Below are positions 55,927-64,000 of a stretch of DNA of 64,000 bases, piece after piece (the stretch's first letter is position 1; each line of letters starts with the position of its first letter). Source of the stretch: Octopus vulgaris (taxonomy: Eukaryota). Under the pieces are notes generated by a model. The model saw only the letters and a list, made by a program, of their open reading frames with translations, was not told the origin of the DNA and ran no database searches. The stretch covers positions 47,678,001 through 47,742,000 of the forward strand of contig OX597831.1 of assembly GCA_951406725.2 (NCBI GenBank), given 5' to 3'. The position numbers and the translations under genes were made by a program.

Positions 55927-56188
55927 ACATAAGGGGGATCAGCCATCTGAATGTGGCTAGGGACAGGGCGGGGTAGTGGGGGTGTTACTGATGCATTTAG
56001 CCCCAGGCGATCATCAACGTCACCAGAAGGGCTGACACCATCTCGGTGTCCTTGCCAGCCTGGACACCGAGATGGTGTCAGCCCTTCTGGTGACGTTGAT
56101 GATCGCCTGGGGCTAAATGCATCAGTAACACCCCCACTACCCCGCCCTGTCCCTAGCCACATTCAGATGGCTGATCCCCCTTATGTTA
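55925..56188. repeat. Perfect inverted repeat, 127-bp arms, 10-nt loop
   Basis: 55925-56051 is the reverse complement of 56062-56188, loop TTGCCAGCCT. The mirrored ORFs 55845-56162(-) and 55951-56271(+) agree with this. Confidence 0.97.
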
Positions 56189-56231
56189 AAGAGCAGTTAC
56201 TGTTTATATCTCGCTCAGAGATTTATTATTG

Positions 56232-56271
<40 letters not shown>

Positions 56272-56692
56272 CCGTGATCACCGTGACCGACCAGATTATC
56301 AGATGTTGCTACGCATCGCTGGTCACAATGCGCTTCGCATCGTTTTAGCCTTCAAGTGACCACACCCCGCTAGCTAAGCGAGCAGGCCAACAGAAGAAAG
56401 AGTGAGAGTAAGTTGTGGCGAAAGAGTACAGTAGGGATGGCCACCCACCCCCTGCCAGAGTCACGTGGAGCTTTAGGTGTTTTCACTCAATAAACACTCA
56501 CAACGTCCCGCGATCCTACAACCGCAAGTCCGCTGCCCTAACCACTGGGCCATTGTGCCTCCACGCACACATCTGTCTGGGAGATTTTCTTATAGTAGTG
56601 AAATAGTAGTTTTTAACAGCTATTTCTAAATTTCGGTATGTGGTGAAGCAAATTTTTGCTGAACCCTAATTATAATTATACTCATAATTATA

Positions 56693-56761
<69 letters not shown>

Positions 56762-56790
56762 CGTACATATATATATACATATATATATAT

Positions 56791-57097
<307 letters not shown>

Positions 57098-57120
57098 TAT
57101 AATTATGAGTATAATTATAA

Positions 57121-57152
<32 letters not shown>

Positions 57153-57699
57153 GATAGATATATAGATATATATATGAAGAGAGAAAGAAAAAGATAGAGT
57201 GAGAGAGAGAACGAGAGAACGAGAGAAAGAGAGAGGGAAGGAGAAGAAGAGAATGAAAATGAGAAAGATAGAGATTCAGTCGTTAGTTCACTATAGCGAC
57301 TGTCAACTACATTAAACAAGATATGTTACAGTCGTTCTGGTTTGAATTAACTGTTGTTATTGTTGTTATTGTTGCTGCCGTTCTCTTGATAAAGTTGGTG
57401 TGTGATAACTGTTAACATACTGGCTGAATTCATAACGTTTTACATATCACTCATACAGCATCCGTCTTTCATACAGTGTCTCTTTCTTTCTCTCTTTCTC
57501 GCTGTCTATGTATTACTCTCGTTGTATGTCGGTGTATCGCAGAGAGACTATTTATTGGTGTTGTTTTGGGACACGTGTCTGTGTATAGGCGTGTTTCACA
57601 CAGTAACTGTGTGTGTGTCTGTGTGTGTCAGCTGTGCTGTGTGGATATTATGTATGGAGATGGATACGTGCGTGTGTGTGCTCTATGTAGATATGTGCT

Positions 57700-57938
57700 G
57701 TGTGTAGGCGTATGCATAAGTTACTCGCGCGCGTGTGTGTGTGTGTTTGTAGGCGTATGTATAGGGGTGTATGTGTATGCATAGGGGTGTATGTGTATGC
57801 TTGTGTGTGTGTGTGTATGTGTGTGCGTGTAGGCGTATGCATAAGTTACACGTGTGTGTGTATGTGCATGCATAGGTTGCTTGTATGTGTGTGGGGGGAG
57901 CGTGTGGTGTGTGTGTGTGTAGGCGTATGCATAAGTTA

Positions 57939-57974
<36 letters not shown>

Positions 57975-58180
57975 TAGGCGTATGCATAGGGTGTATGTGT
58001 ATGCTTAAATTGCTTGTGTGTGTATGTGTGTGCGTGTAGGCGTATGCATAGGTGTGTATGTGCATGCATAGGTTACTTGTGTGTGTGGGTGTGTGTCTGT
58101 GTGTAGGCGTATGCATAGGGGTGTATGAGTATGCATAAATTGCTTGTGTGTGTGTGTGTGTGTGTGCGTGTAGGTGTGTA
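57700..58180. repeat. Compound minisatellite: TGTAGGCGTATGCATA motif separated by variable (TG)n
   Basis: At least 7 copies of the motif are visible. Confidence 0.85.
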
Positions 58181-59300
58181 CAGAGTGTGACCGTGTAGGC
58201 GTGTGTGGGTGTATGTACAGGTGCGCCCGAGTGTGTAGGTGTGTGCTGTGTCGAGGTATATGGGCAATGTGTAGATGTACGTAGGTGTATGCGTTGCTGT
58301 TTAGGTACAAGCCAGCTCTTACCAAGCATACCTTCCTGACACATTGCATCCGTGACAATCACGTTGCTAAGAAATTTTCAAAAGGACCTAATTTGGGGGA
58401 GATTTAGCTGCTATTTCTAGCAACATGAGTGACCACGTAGTGCCACCTGTTACGTGCTGTGTCGCTTATAGATAAGTGTATGTATGTAGGGATGTATGCG
58501 TGATACGACGAGCGTATGTCTATGTTGTGTAGTTGCATGTGTCTCCTTATAAGTATGTATGCGTCTGTAGAGATGCATTGCTCTGTATGTGTGTGTGTGT
58601 GTATGTGAGCGTGTGTGTGTGTGTATGTGTGTGTATGTATGTGTGTATTCTTTTATGTTTTTATTCTTTTATTTGTTTCTGTCATTTGACTTTGGCCATG
58701 CTGGAGCACCGCCTTTAGTCGAGCAAATCGAGCGGAGGACTTATTATTTGTAAGCCTAGTACTTATTCTGTCGGTCTCTTATGCCGAACCGCTAGGTTAC
58801 GAGGATGTAAACACACCAGCATCGGTTGTCTAGCGGTGTTGAGGGACAAACACAGACAGACCGACAGACACACACATACAAATACACACACATACATACA
58901 TACATGCATGCATGCATGCATGCATACATACATACATACATACATACATACATACATACATACACACATACATACATACATACATATATATACATATATA
59001 CGGCGGGCTTCTTTCAGTTTCCGTCTACTAAATCCACTCACAAGGCTTTGGTTGGCACGTACTTTTTTTACTTGTTTCACTCATTAGACTGCAGTTATAC
59101 TGGGGCACTGCCTTGAATTTTATTAGGCGAATGAATCAACCCCAGTGCTTATTCTATTCATTCTACCGGAATAAGCCTGGTACTTATTCTATCGGTATCT
59201 TTTGCCGAACCGCTACGTTACGGGGACGCAACCACACCAACATCGGTTGTCAAGTAGTGCCGGTGGAACAAACACAGACACAATGACACACAGACACAAT

Positions 59301-59337
<37 letters not shown>

Positions 59338-59929
59338 ATACCCCAGCATGGCCGCGGCCTTCGGGCTAAAACATTTTAAAGGATTTAAGGATTTATATAT
59401 ATATATATATGTACGACGAGCTTCTTTCAGTTTCCGTCTAAGAAATTGACTGATAAGGCTTTGGGGGGGGGGGGGGGGGCCCAGACTATAGTGGAAGACA
59501 CTTGCCCAAGGTGCCAAGCAGTGGGACTGAACCCGAAACCATGTGGTTGGGAAGCAAGCTTCTTACCACACAGCCACGCTTCCGCCTTTATAAGTGTGTG
59601 AATGTGTGTTTGTCTGTGTACGTATGTGTGTATGTGTGTGTGTGCCAGTATTAGTTACGTGTATGCATGCGAAGATGTGTTACTATATGTATGCGTGTAT
59701 GTCTGTGCTGCTGCATGGATGTCAGGATAAGTATGTGTGTTTGTATGTGTGGGGGAGGGTGCATTTGTGTGTGTGTGTGTGTGTGTGTTTGTATGAGGAT
59801 ATGTATTACTAAATGTATGGGTATATGTCTGTGCGTACGTTTGTTTAAGTTGGCACTTGTGTGTGTGTGTATGGCGATGTATAAGTGTAGCTAGATTTGT
59901 GTTGTGTGGTTTGTATGTGTGTCAGTATG

Positions 59930-60235
59930 CTTTTGGAGTCAGGTTACTAGGTGAATCAATTAAGGCTGGTGGAGTGTTGCAGCGGTATCTGGAAGAAATG
60001 GTGGCAGGATGTGAGAGCGATATTATCTATATACGAGGTTGGATGTATGCTTTGTAGATATGTAGGAAGGCCGTTGAAGGTGTAAACTGAAAAGTATCGG
60101 CGAAAGAATTGATCCTTGCGGTACTCCATTCGTAATTGCAGTAGATGCTGGGAAAACGTGTGGTTTTACAGTAAATAGAGTTTAGTGGACTGACAGAATG
60201 TTAACTCTCAGTAAATTATAGTAAATCATAAGGAA
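59930..60235 (-). pseudogene. LINE reverse transcriptase remnant (APE-type clade)
   Basis: NGVPQGSILSPILFSL and YIDNIAL (cf. YADD). Confidence 0.75.
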
Positions 60236-60709
60236 GTGTTACTCTTTTACTCTTTTACTTGCTTCAGTCATTTGACTGTGGCCATGCTGGAGCACCACCT
60301 TTAAATAGAGCAAATCGACCCCAGGACTTATTCTTTGTAAGCCTAGTACTTATTCTATCGGTCTCTTTTTGCCGAACCGCTATGTTACGGGGACGTAAAC
60401 ACACCAGCATCGGTTGTCAAGCGATGTTGGGGGGACAAACACAGACACATACATATATACGACGGGCTTCTTTCAGTTTTCGTATACCAAATCCACTCAC
60501 AAGGCTTTGGTCGGCTCGAGGCTATAGTAGAAGACACTTGCCCAAGGTGCCATGCAGTGGGACTGAACCCGGAACCATGTGGTTGGTAAGCAAGCTACTT
60601 ACCACACAGCCACTCCTACGCCTGAAAATGTTGAGCATTTTTCATTTTTTTATTTTCGTAAGGAGTGGATAGTATACCCTACTACGTTCTTAACAGCATA
60701 TACCATGAT

Positions 60710-60785
<76 letters not shown>

Positions 60786-61045
60786 TGGTTGTGTCTCAGT
60801 GTGCTTCCAGCCACTGCTTGACAGCTGTTATTGGTTAGTTTACGTCCCCGTAACTTAGCGGTCCGGCAAAAGTGACCGATAGAATAAGGACTAAGGTTAA
60901 GTACAACTAAATAAATAAGTACTGGGATCGGTTCATTTGATTAGAAATTCTTCAAGGTGGTGCCCCAGCATAGCCGAAGTCGACTGAAACAAGCAAAAGA
61001 TATAAGAAAAGATTGGAAGTTTTGTTGTTGTTGATGATGCCATGA

Positions 61046-61088
<43 letters not shown>

Positions 61089-61090
<2 letters not shown>

Positions 61091-61304
61091 GCTTCCGGTC
61101 ATTCAAAATGTGACCGCGTGTGTACCGTTGGCGATTTTTTTCCCTCCGTCTTCCCTTCTTTGGATCTTTCCTTTTCCTATGTTTCTGACGAAGAGCTCCG
61201 CTTGAAACGTTAAACCCTCATTCTTTCCTTGGTATCCAATAATACTACACTTGTTCCACGTCCTCGCGTTGTTGTGTTTTCTCTTTGTGTTTTCATGTTT
61301 GGAT

Positions 61305-61310
<6 letters not shown>
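61089..61310 (+). mobile_element. TA-anchored element with minimal hammerhead 61181-61215 (canonical CTGACGA)
   Basis: GTTT-CTGACGA-A-GAGC-TCC-GCTT-GAAA-CG-TT-AAAC, with (TA)n on both sides. Confidence 0.8.
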
Positions 61311-61378
<68 letters not shown>

Positions 61379-61462
61379 CACAGTAGACCATCGGTTTTCG
61401 AACAACCCTGATCACGAATTAATTAGTACTTTATCTCTTGTTTTTCTTATATTCATTTAATA

Positions 61463-61591
61463 CAGTAGTACATCGGTTTACGAACGTCTCTGATCATGAA
61501 TAAATCGTGCTTCATAGATATCTATATCTATCTATAGATATAAAGCACGATTTATTCGCGATCAGAGTTGTTCGAAAACAGAGGTACTACT
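61463..61591. mobile_element. pogo/Tigger-type MITE, with an extra orphan TIR at 61381-61430
   Basis: TA-CAGTAGTACATCGGTTTACGAAC ... GTTCGAAAACAGAGGTACTACT, ~50-bp arms around a TA-rich loop. Confidence 0.75.
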
Positions 61592-63229
61592 ACCACTGCT
61601 CTCTCTCTATCTCTCTCTCTGTGCGTGCGCGTGTGTTCTCTTTTGTTTTAACTATTTAAAGTCTTCCTCCGAGGAAGTAGCAGGTTTCTAACAAAAATAC
61701 AAAGCTCCATCACTGGAATATAGATAACAAAAAGAATGTCACACGTTAAACTTGAGAAAAGTCTTGCATATCTTTTCTGTTCCACCTACAGGTTGTATTT
61801 GTAATGTGCGAGTTGGTTGATTTCTTTTTCTGAAAGCTCATAAAACCAAGAGCAGCAATTATTATTGGTATACATGTGAATTTTTAATGGATATATAAGC
61901 TGGAGGTTTCAAAGCAGTTGTCCATAGTTATCCTTTTTCTCTTTGATTTTCAAAGACATATTCACATCAATGGGCCAGCTCTCCTGTACAACGATACATG
62001 AAAAAGTCGAGAGTACGTGTTAGACTGTGTTGATAGTCGTTGATAGTCGTGTCTGTGCTGAAATTGTAATTATACTGTGATACTGAGTAGACGTTATAAC
62101 GATCAACTTGTTAAGAATAATAACACTACGATTGTGGGGTCGTACAGTGACAGATAGAACCATTCTATCGACGACTTCGGAATATAACAATGTCTGTCAG
62201 ACGACCACCGTCGTCAAAAGACAGATACAACAGTGGCAAAAGACCACTTTACAACAGTGGAGACGAGGAAAAACAAATTTACGCAGAATGAAAAGGAAGT
62301 TTAAACTAATTCACGTGGAAAATTAAATACCTCGACAAAAACGACACAAAAATCTTGTGCAAACTTACGAACATCGTAAAATATTGGAAGACTTGTTAGC
62401 TGGGATAGTAGAGTTGCAAAAGCAGCAACAACATCTCAAAGAACAATGAGACCAACAACAAGGATTGCATCAGCAAATGTGACAACTAATGAAATTGATA
62501 ACCAAACCGGAGAATACATTTTCACCTGACCATGTAGCAATTTCCATAAGCGAATTCAAATATGACCCCAAAGAAACAGTAACTTTCGAGGTTTACTTTC
62601 GAAGACTTCAACAAATCTTGAAAAAGGATGCCAGGATTGGATGTACGATATGAAACGCGTTTATTTTAAAGAAGACTAAAGACAGCAGAGCATGAGAATT
62701 ATAGTAACTTCATATTGCCAGAAAACGCGTCCGACATAAATTTCATTGACAAAGTTGACATTTTGTGCAAAATGTTTAGTGAAAAGAGCTCACTGTCTAA
62801 TACTAGATGGAAATGTTTAAACATATAAAAAAGCAAAAATGAAGACTTCACTACTTACACCAGCAGAGTCGACAAAGAAGGTGAGAAATTTAGGCTAGAT
62901 ATGGTTACTCCAGATTTCTTCAAATATTTGATTTTTGCACAAGGATTGACAGATAGAAAGGATGCAAAAATCCGAACGAAAATTCTAGCAAAACTGGAAA
63001 TGAACCAGGATTTGATATTACAGAAACTGTCGGAAGAGTGTGACAAGATATTAAAATTAAGGCCTGACACGGAAGAAATTCAACGGAAAGAGTGTTTCCA
63101 CACAAGACCAGTGGAAAAAGTCGGAAGACAAATAAATTGTTGCAAGAAAAACAGAAAAAATATCGGGATGTAGACCTATGTACAGCATGTGGTGGGATGC
63201 ACCTGAAAAAAGACTGTTTTTTATTTTTT

Positions 63230-63438
63230 TTTTACTTGTTTCAGTCATTTTGACTGCGGCCATGCTGGAGCACCGCCTTTAATCGAGCAACTCGACCCCG
63301 GGACTTATTCTTTGTAAGCCCAGTACTTATTCTATCGGCCTCTTTTGCCGAACCGCTAAGTGACGGGGACATAAACACACCAGCATCGGTTGTCAAGCAA
63401 TGCTTAGGGGGAGAAACACAGACACACAAACATACACG

Positions 63439-63490
<52 letters not shown>

Positions 63491-63628
63491 TACGACGGGC
63501 TTCTTTCAGTTTCCACCTACAAAATCCACTCAAAAGGCTTTGGTCGGCCCGAGGCTATAGTAGAAGACTGAACCCGGAACCATGTGGTTGGTAAGCAAGC
63601 TACTTACCACACAGCCACTCCTGCGCCT
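63230..63628 (-). mobile_element. SINE family A inserted in the Gypsy gag
   Basis: Full head GGCGCAGGAGTGGCTGTGTGG, a short internal deletion, A-rich tail. Confidence 0.92.
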
Positions 63629-63630
63629 AG

Positions 63631-63680
63631 AAAAATATGGAACGCTTCACGAATTTGCGTGTTATCTTTGCGCAGGGGCC

Positions 63681-63713
<33 letters not shown>

Positions 63714-63727
63714 AATACATACCGCCG
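63631..63727 (-). pseudogene. U6: U6 snRNA retrocopy lacking about the first 10 nt
   Basis: Minus strand CTAAAATTGGAACGATACAGAGAAGATTAGCATGGCCCCTGCGCAAAGATAACACGCAAATTCGTGAAGCGTTCCATATTTTT: ACAGAGA box and AGC triad intact, two G>A changes. Upstream flank is Gypsy sequence, not a PSE/TATA promoter. Confidence 0.93.
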
Positions 63728-64000
63728 TAAAAAGCAAAGTGTTTTCGCTGCGGGTTTACAGGACATATAAAATCGCACTGCTAAACTAGAATGATAGGAA
63801 AATGGAACAAACAGGAAAAAATAAATTGTTTGTTAGTAAAACAGTTGTAACTACAGCAAACAGAAAATTCGTGAATGTGAGAATTGAAAATACTAGTATC
63901 AGAATGCAATTAGACACGGGAAGTGATATCACAATCATAAATGAGAAAACATGGGAACAAATGGGTAAACCAAAATTATGCAGTTCAAACAAAATAGCGT

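Larger units (their letters stand above)
62020..64000 (+). mobile_element. Degenerate Ty3/Gypsy (Mag-clade-like) LTR retrotransposon: gag, zinc knuckles and protease, continuing beyond the window
   Basis: EFKYDPKETVTFEVYFRR, NFILP, TRWKCL, FKYLIFAQGL..IRTKIL, knuckles CTACGGMHLKKDC and CFRCGFTGHIKSHC, protease LDTGSDITII at about 63910. LTR limits are uncertain. Confidence 0.9.

Noticed and set aside
55845-56271. Mirror-image ORFs as proteins, or a ribozyme within the hairpin
   Set aside because: The ORFs are a by-product of the GC-rich palindrome, and no ribozyme core was recognised in the arm.
57700-58180. CRISPR-like repeat/spacer array
   Set aside because: Spacers are (TG)n of unequal length, the context is eukaryotic, and there are no cas genes.
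63631-63727. Functional U6 gene
   Set aside because: The 5' stem is truncated, there are substitutions, and the upstream sequence is Gypsy gag rather than a PSE/TATA promoter.

Overview
Eukaryotic, AT-rich, repeat-saturated DNA with no supportable host protein-coding exon. Nearly all long ORFs in the track are translated microsatellites. The SINE families and the (TA)n/(CA)n/(ATT)n/(ATCT)n density suggest an octopod cephalopod (Octopus sp.); this is an inference from pattern recall, not a database result. The window contains dozens of tRNA-derived SINEs in several modular families and two clusters of 5'-truncated R4/Dong-type LINEs nested in (ATT)n. It also holds RTE, Penelope-like (PLE) and Mag/Gypsy remnants, Tc1/mariner, pogo and hAT MITEs, Helitrons, a Helentron-type HINE and a U6 snRNA retrocopy. 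The most interesting signals are four. (1) About a dozen type I hammerhead-ribozyme motifs from several unrelated short elements, mostly minimal with a palindromic stem III and mostly anchored in (TA)n; one family has a fixed A6U core. (2) A tRNA-headed SINE carrying a hammerhead tail, with an inverted second tail (40821-41481). (3) A perfect 127-bp-arm GC-rich hairpin containing a G4 motif (55925-56188), plus older fold-backs of similar geometry. (4) A U6-SINE tandem splitting the two zinc knuckles of a Gypsy gag. All coordinates were read by eye and element edges are approximate.
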